A stretch of DNA of 64,000 nucleotides from Bacillota bacterium (GTDB lineage: Bacteria > Bacillota_I > Bacilli_A > Erysipelotrichales > Erysipelotrichaceae): contig JAEZBR010000071.1 of assembly GCA_023426935.1 (NCBI GenBank), positions 12,859 to 76,858 on the forward strand, given 5' to 3'. Every line of letters starts with the position of its first letter. Within the stretch, counting starts at the first letter, position 1. Below, one piece after another: positions 19,836 through 28,960 of this stretch. A program made the position numbers and the translations under genes. The notes below the pieces were generated by a model. It was not told the DNA's origin and did not search any database. It saw nothing but the letters and a program-made list of their open reading frames with translations.

Positions 19836-21689
19836 ATGCAGGTAGATGCAGTAGTAATCGGAGCGGGACATGCCGGATGTGAGGCGGCTTTAGCGTTGGC
19901 GAAGCGTAATCATTCCGTAGTCGCAGCCGTAATGAATATGGAATATGTTGCTTCAATGCCTTGCAATCCTTCCATCGGCGGACCGGCTAAAGGGGTCGTG
20001 GTTAGAGAAATCGATTCATTAGGCGGCATGATGGGTAAAATCGCGGATAAGACCGCCTTACAATATAAGATGTTAAACGGTTCGAAAGGGCCGGGAGTTC
20101 GTTGTATCCGGGAACAGTCCGATAAAATTGAGTATCGCCATACCATGCGCCAGTTATTACTGGATACGCCGAATATTACCGTCAAAGAAGGCGTAGCGGA
20201 ACAATTAGTCATCGAAGATAATAAAGTTAAAGGCGTTAAGTTCGAAGACGGTGAATTTATTGCGTGTAAAGTCATTATCTTAACGACCGGGACTTATTTA
20301 AGCTCGAAAGTTATGGTCTCTGATCAAGTAACCATCAGTGGGCCGGAAGATCAGAAAACAACTTTTAAATTAGGCGATTCGATTCGGGACTTAGGCTTGG
20401 CAACGATTCGCTTAAAGACCGGAACCCCACCCAGAGTCAAGACAAGTTCCATTGATTTTAGTAACCTAGCACCCCAACCAGGAAATATTACCGATGAAGG
20501 CTTCAGTTATGAAACCAAATTAAACTGCCCGATTGAGAAACAGGCTTTATGTTATCTAACTTACACCACGGCCGAAACACATAAATTGATTAGAGATAAT
20601 TTAAAGAAGTCGAGTATGTACTCGGGAATTGTTAAGGGTGTGGGACCGCGATACTGTCCGTCAATCGAAGATAAGATCGTTAGATTTTCCGATAAACCTA
20701 GGCACCAATTATTCTTAGAACCGGAAAGTAAGTCTTTAGATACGACCTATGTTCAGGGTTTTTCGACTTCGATGCCTCATGAGATTCAGGAAAAGATGGT
20801 TCATTCGGTACCGGGATTAGAGAAAGCGGAAATTGAGAAATGGTCTTATGCGATTGAGTACGATGCCGTCGATCCGTTACAACTGAAATATAATCTCGAA
20901 ACGAAAACGATAAACGGTTTATTCTGTGCTGGGCAGACCAATGGGACTAGCGGCTACGAAGAAGCGGCCGGACAAGGTTTGATGGCTGGGATTAATGCGG
21001 CTAATTACTTAGAACATAAACCGGCATTAATTCTTCATCGTGATGAAGCTTACATCGGGGTTTTGATTGACGATCTAGTTACTAAGGGAACCAAAGAACC
21101 TTATCGGTTGATGACCTCCAGAGCGGAATATCGCTTATTAATCAGACATGATAATGCGGATCAGCGATTAACTGATTATGGCTATAACGAGGGATTGATT
21201 TCGGAAGAACGATATCACTTATTCCAGAATAAGATGAATGAATTAAGTAAAGCTAAGAAATTATTGAAAGAAACTAAAATATCCGGGAATAAAGAACTGA
21301 ATGATTATTTAGTCTCTAAAGAATATTTACCGATAAACGGCAGTGAATCGTTGGAAGAACTGACGAAACGGCCGAATATCGAATTAAGTAAATTGTTGGA
21401 AATCGGCAAAATCCCGATGGATCCGGCGATTATTAAACAAGCGGAGATTGAGACTTGTTATGCCGGGTATATTGAGAAAGAAAAACGGGAAGCGAGCCAT
21501 TTAAAACAACTGGAGAAATTAAAGTTACCGAATGATTGGGATTATTCGACTTTCGATCAGTTATCGTTAGAAGCCAGACAGAAACTCAATGCGGTTCATC
21601 CGGTCGATATCGGACAAGCTAGCCGAATCTCCGGGGTCGATCCCACGGATATTGCGATCTTAGTGATGGAACTGAAACAAAAACACTAA
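19836..21689 (+). CDS. mnmG: tRNA uridine 5-carboxymethylaminomethyl modification enzyme MnmG (GidA)
   Basis: VIGAGHAGCEAA FAD motif, GPRYCPSIEDK, ~620 aa. Confidence 0.95.
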   Translation: MQVDAVVIGAGHAGCEAALALAKRNHSVVAAVMNMEYVASMPCNPSIGGPAKGVVVREIDSLGGMMGKIADKTALQYKMLNGSKGPGVRCIREQSDKIEYRHTMRQLLLDTPNITVKEGVAEQLVIEDNKVKGVKFEDGEFIACKVIILTTGTYLSSKVMVSDQVTISGPEDQKTTFKLGDSIRDLGLATIRLKTGTPPRVKTSSIDFSNLAPQPGNITDEGFSYETKLNCPIEKQALCYLTYTTAETHKLIRDNLKKSSMYSGIVKGVGPRYCPSIEDKIVRFSDKPRHQLFLEPESKSLDTTYVQGFSTSMPHEIQEKMVHSVPGLEKAEIEKWSYAIEYDAVDPLQLKYNLETKTINGLFCAGQTNGTSGYEEAAGQGLMAGINAANYLEHKPALILHRDEAYIGVLIDDLVTKGTKEPYRLMTSRAEYRLLIRHDNADQRLTDYGYNEGLISEERYHLFQNKMNELSKAKKLLKETKISGNKELNDYLVSKEYLPINGSESLEELTKRPNIELSKLLEIGKIPMDPAIIKQAEIETCYAGYIEKEKREASHLKQLEKLKLPNDWDYSTFDQLSLEARQKLNAVHPVDIGQASRISGVDPTDIAILVMELKQKH

Positions 21690-21725
21690 AATATCTTATA
21701 ATAGGTTTATCAGTGAGGCAGATTT

Positions 21726-22811
21726 ATGAATGAAATCGGAATTTATATTCTAGAGAATTTCACGACAATCTGTCTAGCGATTGGGCTAGCTATTTTAGCG
21801 GTGGCAAATAATAATCTCGATAATAAGACTAACCGTTCGTTTGTGTTATTTACAATTGTCGTTTTAATGCTAGTCGCGGCGGATATTACCGATCATTATT
21901 TAGCCGGATTTGATGAAGTTAATAATCTAAGATATCTTTTTTCCGCTTTGGGCTATACCTTACGACCGGCAGCAATCGTCATTTTGATTGAAATTCTGTT
22001 ACGAAGAAGAAAGTCAATATTCATTCTCTGGATACCGATCATTATTCTCGGATTGATCGCTTTTACCAGTTACTTTACCCATTTAATGTTCTGGTTTTTG
22101 CCGACTAATCAATTCATACAGGGATATTTGTGTTATCTTCCGCATTTTGTCAGTATAGTTTACTTAATTATCTTAGTAATTATGACGATCAAGATACACC
22201 GACATATCTCGGCAGGCGAAATTTTCGTTGTCTTATACAGTGCATGCATCTGTGTTTTGGCGATGTTACTGGAAAGTATCTTATCGGATTATAAATTCTT
22301 ATTGACCGGGGCGATGATCACTTCCTGTGCTTTATATTATGTGGTTTTATATATCGAGACTTATCGTAGAGATTTATTGACCGGATTAATGAACCGCAGA
22401 AGTTTCTATGGGGATGCGAAAAGAATGCAGAATAAGGCTTTGACCGTCATTTCAATTGATTTAAACGGACTTAAAGATATCAATGATAACCAAGGACATA
22501 AGATGGGCGATGTTGCTTTACAGCAGATGGCCAAGGCGATGGAAGTTGAAAGCGGAAGAAAATTCTCGACTTATCGGGTCGGTGGCGATGAATTCATGTG
22601 CTTAGGAAAAGGAAAAAATGAAGAGCACACGAAAAAATATATTAAGGAAATGACGAAATCATTGAAGGAAAATAATCTAATGGCGTCTTTTGGGTATGCG
22701 TTCTATCAAGCGGGCAATAATTTCGACGAGATCTGTAATAAAGCCGATAAACAGATGTATAAAGATAAAATGCAGTATAAACACCGCAGTAGTTCCCGGG
22801 AAGATAATTAA
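21726..22811 (+). CDS. Membrane-bound diguanylate cyclase (GGDEF domain)
   Basis: About 6 N-terminal TM helices, then DLLTGLMNRRSF and the RVGGDEF active site. No RxxD I-site seen upstream of GGDEF. Confidence 0.85.
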   Translation: MNEIGIYILENFTTICLAIGLAILAVANNNLDNKTNRSFVLFTIVVLMLVAADITDHYLAGFDEVNNLRYLFSALGYTLRPAAIVILIEILLRRRKSIFILWIPIIILGLIAFTSYFTHLMFWFLPTNQFIQGYLCYLPHFVSIVYLIILVIMTIKIHRHISAGEIFVVLYSACICVLAMLLESILSDYKFLLTGAMITSCALYYVVLYIETYRRDLLTGLMNRRSFYGDAKRMQNKALTVISIDLNGLKDINDNQGHKMGDVALQQMAKAMEVESGRKFSTYRVGGDEFMCLGKGKNEEHTKKYIKEMTKSLKENNLMASFGYAFYQAGNNFDEICNKADKQMYKDKMQYKHRSSSREDN

Positions 22812-22827
22812 AAGGTATAATTAAGTT

Positions 22828-24027
22828 ATGAAAAAACTACTCACAATTCTATTGGTACTGTCATTAGTTGGGTGTTCCAACGGATTTACTAAAGTCAATA
22901 TCAATAACAGCGAATCATCCAAAACGCATGCAATCTGGTTCTCTTTCTTAGAGTATGAACAGATGTTAACGGGAAGAAGCGAGGCTGAATTTACAACGGC
23001 GGTTCAGACGATGATGAGTAATTTAGAATCGCTGGGAATCAATAAGATCTATGCACATGCCTCATCTTATACAGATGCCTTCTATAAATCCAGTTATTAT
23101 CCCTGGAGTAAATACTGCAGTGGAATTTTGGATGAAGCTCCCGGCTTCGATCCATTAGCGATCATTATCAATGAAGCAACGCTAAGAAATATCAAAGTCG
23201 ATGCTTGGATTAATCCGTTAAGAAGTTTTACCGAAGAAGAGTTAGCCGGACTTGACGATAAGTATCTAGTCAAACAATGGTATAACGATCCTAATGCTAA
23301 AGAGAGCCATTTAATGTACGCGAATGGCCGATATTATTTAAATCCGGGAAATAAAGATGTGCTGACCTTAATTGAAAGTATCGTGAAAGAACTCTGTAAT
23401 AATTATTCGTTGACGGGAATTCATATCGACGATTATTTCTATCCGACCGAAATGAGTGATGAATTGGATCAGGTAACTTATCAAGCTTATTTAGCCGAGA
23501 ATCCCAATACCAGTATCGCGGATTATCGGATCCATTGTACCGATGTCTTAGTCGAAACGATTCACAGTATCACTAAGACGCATAAGAACTATGTCTTTTC
23601 CATCAGTCCCAACGCGAATATCCAAACTAATCTAACGACTTATTATGCGGATGTCGAAAAATGGATGAAGAGTAAAGATTATTGCGATCAGATGATTCCG
23701 CAGATCTACTTCGGATTTGAGAATGAAACCATGCCCTTCAAAAAAGTTGTTGATCAATGGGAAAGTCTTAGCAATGGCAAAGTCGACCTCTTGTTTGGCT
23801 TGGCGGGATATAAAGTCGGCAAGGAAGATAAGTATGCCGGCAGTGGTTCTCAAGAATGGATTGAGAATACCGATGTTCTTGCTAGGCAGTTAGATTACGT
23901 TTCTAACCAGAGATACTATGATGGGATTGCGATTTTCCGTTATTATCTGATTTTTTATCCCGAAAATGCGACCTACGATCAGATGCAGATGGAATTAAGT
24001 AAACTGAAAGTTGAAATGAATAAGTAA
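22828..24027 (+). CDS. Lipoprotein, glycosyl-hydrolase-like family 10 (GHL10/DUF187, YngK-like)
   Basis: Signal peptide plus lipobox LVGC. TIM-barrel-like GIHIDDYFYP motif typical of GHL10. Confidence 0.6.
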   Translation: MKKLLTILLVLSLVGCSNGFTKVNINNSESSKTHAIWFSFLEYEQMLTGRSEAEFTTAVQTMMSNLESLGINKIYAHASSYTDAFYKSSYYPWSKYCSGILDEAPGFDPLAIIINEATLRNIKVDAWINPLRSFTEEELAGLDDKYLVKQWYNDPNAKESHLMYANGRYYLNPGNKDVLTLIESIVKELCNNYSLTGIHIDDYFYPTEMSDELDQVTYQAYLAENPNTSIADYRIHCTDVLVETIHSITKTHKNYVFSISPNANIQTNLTTYYADVEKWMKSKDYCDQMIPQIYFGFENETMPFKKVVDQWESLSNGKVDLLFGLAGYKVGKEDKYAGSGSQEWIENTDVLARQLDYVSNQRYYDGIAIFRYYLIFYPENATYDQMQMELSKLKVEMNK

Positions 24028-24028
24028 T

Positions 24029-24055
24029 AAAAAACAGACGAATTTGTCTGTTTTT
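24029..24055. terminator. Bidirectional terminator
   Basis: aaaaaacagac / gtctgttttt stem, 6-nt loop. Confidence 0.7.
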
Positions 24056-24212
24056 AGTTTCCCTGAGATTCTTTGATCGTCTTAACCATGGCTTTACGGA
24101 AGATTTCTTCATCCTTGATTCCTAGTTTATGACAAGCTTCTTCAAACTTTTTAATAAAGATAATATTGAAATTTAACTCAAGTTTGGCTGAATTAATAGT
24201 CTCCTGTTTCAA
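24054..24212 (-). CDS. Candidate 52-aa ribbon-helix-helix-like small protein (absent from the ORF track)
   Basis: TTG start 5 nt after GGGGGAA. Translation LKQETINSAKLELNFNIIFIKKFEEACHKLGIKDEEIFRKAMVKTIKESQGN has a strand-helix-helix pattern. Ends at the bidirectional terminator. Confidence 0.3.
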   Translation of the reverse strand: MKQETINSAKLELNFNIIFIKKFEEACHKLGIKDEEIFRKAMVKTIKESQGN

Positions 24213-24314
24213 ATCCGTTCCCCCGATTTCTTTTAAAACCGCAATGAATTATGACACACGGAAATTAGATGTCAAGAATAATGAATAAAGGTATAATTAT
24301 AGGGTGAGGAAAAT

Positions 24315-25019
24315 ATGAATAAACAAGAACTTAGTGAAGCTTTAGTTAACTTCGGCTTAATTATCGATGAAAAGACCAGTGATCAGCTAGAACAGTACCT
24401 GATTTATATTCTGGCGGAGAATATGCGGACGAATCTTACCGCGATTAAAGATCCCGAAGAGATTAGGTCTAAACACTTTTTGGATAGCTTATCGTTATAT
24501 AAATATGCCAAAGAATCACCCGACCTAATCGATGTCGGTTCCGGCGCAGGCTTTCCGGGGATTCCTTTAGCGATTGTTTTACCTCGGTTAAAAGTAACCT
24601 TAGTTGAGGCGACTAGGAAAAAGTGTGATTTTTTAGAGATGGCAGTCAAAGAATTAAAACTGACCAATGTGACAGTCTTGAATACCCGAGCGGAAGAATT
24701 ACCGGGTTCCTATCGGGCCGAATTAGTAACCGCCAGAGCCGTAGCCGAATTAGGAATCTTGGCGGAACTATGTTTGCCATTAGTAAAACGAAAAGGATTG
24801 TTTATCGCGATGAAAGGACCTAAGTATCAGGAAGAGATCGAGAAAGCGAAGTACGCGTTGGAATTCTTAGGCGGGAAAGAAAAAGAAATCCAGGAATATC
24901 AATTACCGGGAAATGAACAACGCTTCAATTTAGTCTATGAGAAAGTAAAAGCTACTCCGGCAGGGTATCCGCGAAGATATGCCTTAATCAAGAGCAAGCC
25001 TTTGGGAGAAGAAGAATGA
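24315..25019 (+). CDS. rsmG: 16S rRNA (guanine527-N7)-methyltransferase RsmG (GidB)
   Basis: DVGSGAGFPGIPLAI SAM motif, ~235 aa, synteny with mnmG/noc/soj. Confidence 0.92.
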   Translation: MNKQELSEALVNFGLIIDEKTSDQLEQYLIYILAENMRTNLTAIKDPEEIRSKHFLDSLSLYKYAKESPDLIDVGSGAGFPGIPLAIVLPRLKVTLVEATRKKCDFLEMAVKELKLTNVTVLNTRAEELPGSYRAELVTARAVAELGILAELCLPLVKRKGLFIAMKGPKYQEEIEKAKYALEFLGGKEKEIQEYQLPGNEQRFNLVYEKVKATPAGYPRRYALIKSKPLGEEE

Positions 25020-25789
25020 ATATCACCAGAAATATTTCCCTGGAAGATATCCAAGCCAATCCTTATCAGCCCCGGATTCAGTTTACCGAAGATAGTTTAG
25101 TTGAGTTAGCGCAATCAATCAAAGAGAACGGGGTTATTCAACCGGTAATTGTGCGGAAAGCCACGCACGGTTATGAAATAATTGCCGGTGAACGCAGATG
25201 TAAGGCGGCGAAATTAGCCGGACTGAAAGAAGTTCCTTGTTTAGTAATCGATGCGAACGACGATAAAGCCGCGAGGTTAGCTTTAATCGAAAACATTCAA
25301 AGAGAAGATCTCGATCCCTTGGAAGAAGCCCAGGCTTATAAAGATCTTTTGAATATCGAACATTGTACCCAGAGTGAATTAGCCTATAAAGTCGGTAAGA
25401 AACAATCCACAATCGCGAATAAGATTAGGTTATTGGGATTAAGCGATGAAATAAAGGAAGCCTTAGCTAAGGGAAAAATTGCGGAAAGGCAAGCCCGAGC
25501 TTTATTAAGAATCCCAGCCGATAAGCAAGAAAAAGTGTATGAAACGATTGTTGAACGAGGGTTAGATAGCCGCAAGACTGAAGAATATATCGGTGAATTA
25601 TTGGAACCTAGGGAAAAAGAAGAGAAGAAAAAACATCTGAACAAACTATATCTTAAGGATGTAAGGGTTGCGTTGAATACGATTAATCAAGCCGTAGACA
25701 GTTTAAAGAACACGAATCTGGAAATTACAAAGGAAACGAAAGAGACAGATGAAGGATATCAGATTATAATTGATATTAAGAAGCTATAG
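25016..25789 (+). CDS. noc: ParB-family protein in the Noc position (nucleoid-occlusion-like paralog)
   Basis: ParB box GERRCKAAKLAG plus HTH. ATGA overlap with rsmG. Located between rsmG and soj as Bacillus noc. Confidence 0.65.
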   Translation: MNITRNISLEDIQANPYQPRIQFTEDSLVELAQSIKENGVIQPVIVRKATHGYEIIAGERRCKAAKLAGLKEVPCLVIDANDDKAARLALIENIQREDLDPLEEAQAYKDLLNIEHCTQSELAYKVGKKQSTIANKIRLLGLSDEIKEALAKGKIAERQARALLRIPADKQEKVYETIVERGLDSRKTEEYIGELLEPREKEEKKKHLNKLYLKDVRVALNTINQAVDSLKNTNLEITKETKETDEGYQIIIDIKKL

Positions 25790-25834
25790 ATCTATGGTAA
25801 AATATGACAGCGTGGCTTTAAGGAGGAATCATCG

Positions 25835-26632
25835 ATGGGTAAAATAATCGCAATCGCCAATCAAAAAGGCGGCGTTGGTAAAACGACGACCACCATTAAT
25901 TTAGCAGCCGGATTAGGATACTGTAAGAAGAAAGTTTTGTTGGTAGATTTCGATCCCCAGGCCAATGCGACCCAAGGTTTGACTCCGAAGAGTCAGATTC
26001 CCAATGATCTAAGTAAAGCCCAGAAGAAAGTAACCAACAGTTCTTATGACATGATTCTCAAGGAGAAGAGTGCGAAAGATTGTATTCGCCGTTTATCCCA
26101 ACCTCCGATTGATTTAATCCCGTCGAGTATTTTCTTAGCTGGTGCGGATATCGAAATGATGGATTATAAAGTCGGAAGAGAAAGATTACTTAAAAATAAG
26201 TTGGATGAGGTCAAAAATGATTATGATTTTATCTTAATTGATTGTCCGCCATCCTTAGGATTATTAAATACCAACGCTTTGACGGCGGCTGATTCCGTCA
26301 TCATTCCGGTGCAGTGTGAATTCTACGCCTTGGAAGGAATTGGGCAGTTATTAAGTACAATTCAGCAGATTAAGCGCGTCTTCAACAACAATTTGTATAT
26401 TGAAGGTGTCTTATTAACAATGTACGATGCCCGAACAAATCTAAGCTTGGAAGTTCAACAGAATGTTCGAGCTTGGTTCAAAGGCAGTGTCTATAAGAGT
26501 TATATTCCCCGTAGTATCAAACTATCCGAGGCTCCAAGCTTTGGTAAATCAATCTTTGAACACGATGTCCATTCAGAAGGGGCTAAAGCATACGCATTAT
26601 TAGCGAAAGAAGTTATTGCGAAGAATTCATAG
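25835..26632 (+). CDS. soj: Chromosome partitioning ATPase ParA/Soj
   Basis: Deviant Walker [17 protein letters not shown]. Confidence 0.92.
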   Translation: MGKIIAIANQKGGVGKTTTTINLAAGLGYCKKKVLLVDFDPQANATQGLTPKSQIPNDLSKAQKKVTNSSYDMILKEKSAKDCIRRLSQPPIDLIPSSIFLAGADIEMMDYKVGRERLLKNKLDEVKNDYDFILIDCPPSLGLLNTNALTAADSVIIPVQCEFYALEGIGQLLSTIQQIKRVFNNNLYIEGVLLTMYDARTNLSLEVQQNVRAWFKGSVYKSYIPRSIKLSEAPSFGKSIFEHDVHSEGAKAYALLAKEVIAKNS

Positions 26633-26643
26633 GAGGTAACAGC

Positions 26644-27513
26644 ATGGCAGATCATCGTAAAGGTGGTTTAGGAAGCGGCTTGGAAGCAATCTTAGGAACC
26701 GATTTTAGCGATCTAGACGACTTGTCCAAAGATGCGGCAAGTAAGAAAGAAACCGATGAGATTCCTTTAGATCAGATTCAATCGAACCCTTATCAACCCC
26801 GAAAAGTATTTGAAGAAAAAGAACTGCAGGAACTGGCTGATTCAATTAAGGAACAGGGCGTTTTTCAGCCGATTTTAGTTAAAAAGACGGATGTCGGTTA
26901 TGTTCTATTAGCCGGGGAACGTAGAGTCAGAGCCGCTAAATTGGCGGGACTAACAACAATTCCGGCGGTCATTAAAGATTTCACCCAGCAACAGATGTTG
27001 GAGTTATCCTTACTGGAGAATATTCAGCGGGAAGATCTCAGCGTAATCGAAGAAGCTTCCAGTTACCAACAGTTGATAGAGAAATTAGGATATACCCAAG
27101 AAGATTTAGCAAAAAGAATCGGTAAATCCCGAACCCATGTGACCAATACCCTTAGATTGTTAAGTTTACCTTCCGAAATCACGGATATGGTCAACGAGAA
27201 GAAATTGACAATGGGTCAGGTTAGACCGTTAGTAACGATCGAGGATGACCAAGAAAAGATTCGCTTAGCCAAAATGATTGCGAAGCTAGATCTTTCCGCC
27301 AGACAAGCTGAAATGTTGGCAAAGAAAGCTACCGAAGGGAAGAAACCGAAACCAGTCGTTACGGTCGATCAGGACTTGGTTAAGGTTCAAAGAAGATTAG
27401 CTTCGAAGTTAGGAACGAAGGTTAAAATTAAACCCCAGGAGATTCAAATCAGTTACGAAGGAACCGATGATTTAAATCGGATCTTGGAACTGTTAAATTT
27501 ATTAGACGACTAG
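26644..27513 (+). CDS. spo0J: Chromosome partitioning protein ParB/Spo0J
   Basis: ParB box GERRVRAAKLAG, HTH (EDLAKRIGKSRTHVTNTLRLL), ~290 aa. Confidence 0.92.
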   Translation: MADHRKGGLGSGLEAILGTDFSDLDDLSKDAASKKETDEIPLDQIQSNPYQPRKVFEEKELQELADSIKEQGVFQPILVKKTDVGYVLLAGERRVRAAKLAGLTTIPAVIKDFTQQQMLELSLLENIQREDLSVIEEASSYQQLIEKLGYTQEDLAKRIGKSRTHVTNTLRLLSLPSEITDMVNEKKLTMGQVRPLVTIEDDQEKIRLAKMIAKLDLSARQAEMLAKKATEGKKPKPVVTVDQDLVKVQRRLASKLGTKVKIKPQEIQISYEGTDDLNRILELLNLLDD

Positions 27514-27530
27514 AAAAGGGAATTGATAAA

Positions 27531-28154
27531 GTGAAGAGATTAGTTGGGAAGACGTTCATTACCATTTTAGGAAGCGCGATCTTAGCGTTTGGACTCTATA
27601 ACATCCATGAAACAGCCCAGATTACCGAAGGCGGAATCTTGGGCATGACTTTATTGCTTGATCATTGGTTCAGTATTTCTCCATCCATCTCCGGATTTAT
27701 TTTAAACATGATAAGTTATATCAGTGGGTGGAAAATTTTCGGAAAGAAGTTTTTATACTATTCCGTGGTAGCCGCTTTAGGGTTTTCAATCTTCTATGAA
27801 ATATTCGCGTCCTACGATCCTTTATGGCCAGGGATTGCGAATAATTTGTTACTGGCCGCGATCTTGGGCGGAACTTTCGTCGGGGTTGGAGCCGGGCTAT
27901 GTGTCAGTATCGGCGGAGCGGCCGGTGGCGATGATGCTTTAGCGATGAGTATCGCAAAATTACTTAAAGTTAAGATCGATTCCGTATATTTAGTTTTCGA
28001 TGTTGTCGTTTTAATCTTGTCTTTAAGTTATATTCCACTGAAGAATATCGGTTATTCTTTAGTGACAGTCATTATTTCTGGCCAGATTATAGGCTTCCTT
28101 CACCGCTTACCAAAGAAATTGGCGAAAAGAAAAGCAGAAAAAACAACTATTTAA
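27531..28154 (+). CDS. YitT-like (DUF161) membrane protein lacking the DUF2179 C-terminal domain
   Basis: GTG start. 5-6 TM helices with GGAAGGDD-type motif. Confidence 0.6.
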   Translation: MKRLVGKTFITILGSAILAFGLYNIHETAQITEGGILGMTLLLDHWFSISPSISGFILNMISYISGWKIFGKKFLYYSVVAALGFSIFYEIFASYDPLWPGIANNLLLAAILGGTFVGVGAGLCVSIGGAAGGDDALAMSIAKLLKVKIDSVYLVFDVVVLILSLSYIPLKNIGYSLVTVIISGQIIGFLHRLPKKLAKRKAEKTTI

Positions 28155-28189
28155 AAGTATCGTGCTATAATGCAAATAAGGCAGGGTAT

Positions 28190-28930
28190 ATGAAAAAGCA
28201 GTTAAAACAGGGATTTACATTGATTGAAATGATTATCGTTATCGCAATAATTGCGGTTTTACTTTTAATTGTTGTCCCGATAGCCAATGGAATGATTTCC
28301 TCGGCTCAAGCGACGACCTGTGCGGCAAACAGAAAGACGTTATTAACCGAAATTGAAGCAGAATATCTCTTAAATAAAGAAAATAAAACGCAAGATGAAT
28401 TATTTACCGAAATATACACCGCTAATAAGGATAAGTATATTTGTCCTAGCGGTGGCGTCTTTACTTATGAAAATGGCGAAGTAGTATGCAGTAAACATTC
28501 TAAGACTACCACTAAAGTTAGCGACAATTTCCCGGAAGTTATTCTTTCCCAGAAAGTCGATGATACCCTTAGAAGCAAGGGTGATAAAATGACCATCACA
28601 AAAGGCACGATTTATAAAATCGGGAGTAACTATTATGTGGCTACTGCCGATTCGGTTAATCGCACCGTGGGAAATGATTATGAGTCTTGGCTGCAGAGTA
28701 CCTATTGTGTTAAGAAAATCGATTTTTCTAAAGTTTATACCGATACTGATTTCAATACCGGATATATTTCTTCCGGATACAACAAAACCAAAGTAGGATA
28801 TGTCTATAACTATAAGGGTAAACTCTATATTCAAAATAGTAATTTTACCGGGAATCTTCAGGAACAGTCTTCGGATCCCACAAATAATTCAGCTTATTGG
28901 AGCTATTTAGGGACAGTTGCATCAGATTAA
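28190..28930 (+). CDS. Prepilin-type N-terminal cleavage/methylation domain protein (pseudopilin-like) with 140-aa C-terminal extension
   Basis: KQGFTLIEMIIVIAIIAVLL class III signal peptide. CPSGG...C..H motif common in Firmicute pseudopilins. Confidence 0.75.
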   Translation: MKKQLKQGFTLIEMIIVIAIIAVLLLIVVPIANGMISSAQATTCAANRKTLLTEIEAEYLLNKENKTQDELFTEIYTANKDKYICPSGGVFTYENGEVVCSKHSKTTTKVSDNFPEVILSQKVDDTLRSKGDKMTITKGTIYKIGSNYYVATADSVNRTVGNDYESWLQSTYCVKKIDFSKVYTDTDFNTGYISSGYNKTKVGYVYNYKGKLYIQNSNFTGNLQEQSSDPTNNSAYWSYLGTVASD

Positions 28931-28960
28931 GTAAATAAATATAACAAGATCTTCATTGTT

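Noticed and set aside
19836-27513. Replication origin (oriC) or parS call near mnmG-rsmG-noc-soj-spo0J
   Set aside because: By eye I found no canonical DnaA boxes (TTATCCACA) and no parS (TGTTNCACGTGAAACA) in this block, and dnaA/dnaN/rpmH are absent. This is a visual scan only, so a pattern search should confirm it.
25016-27513. Plasmid or mobile-element partition module
   Set aside because: The parA/parB genes sit in the conserved chromosomal mnmG-rsmG-noc-soj-spo0J arrangement with backbone-like codon usage.
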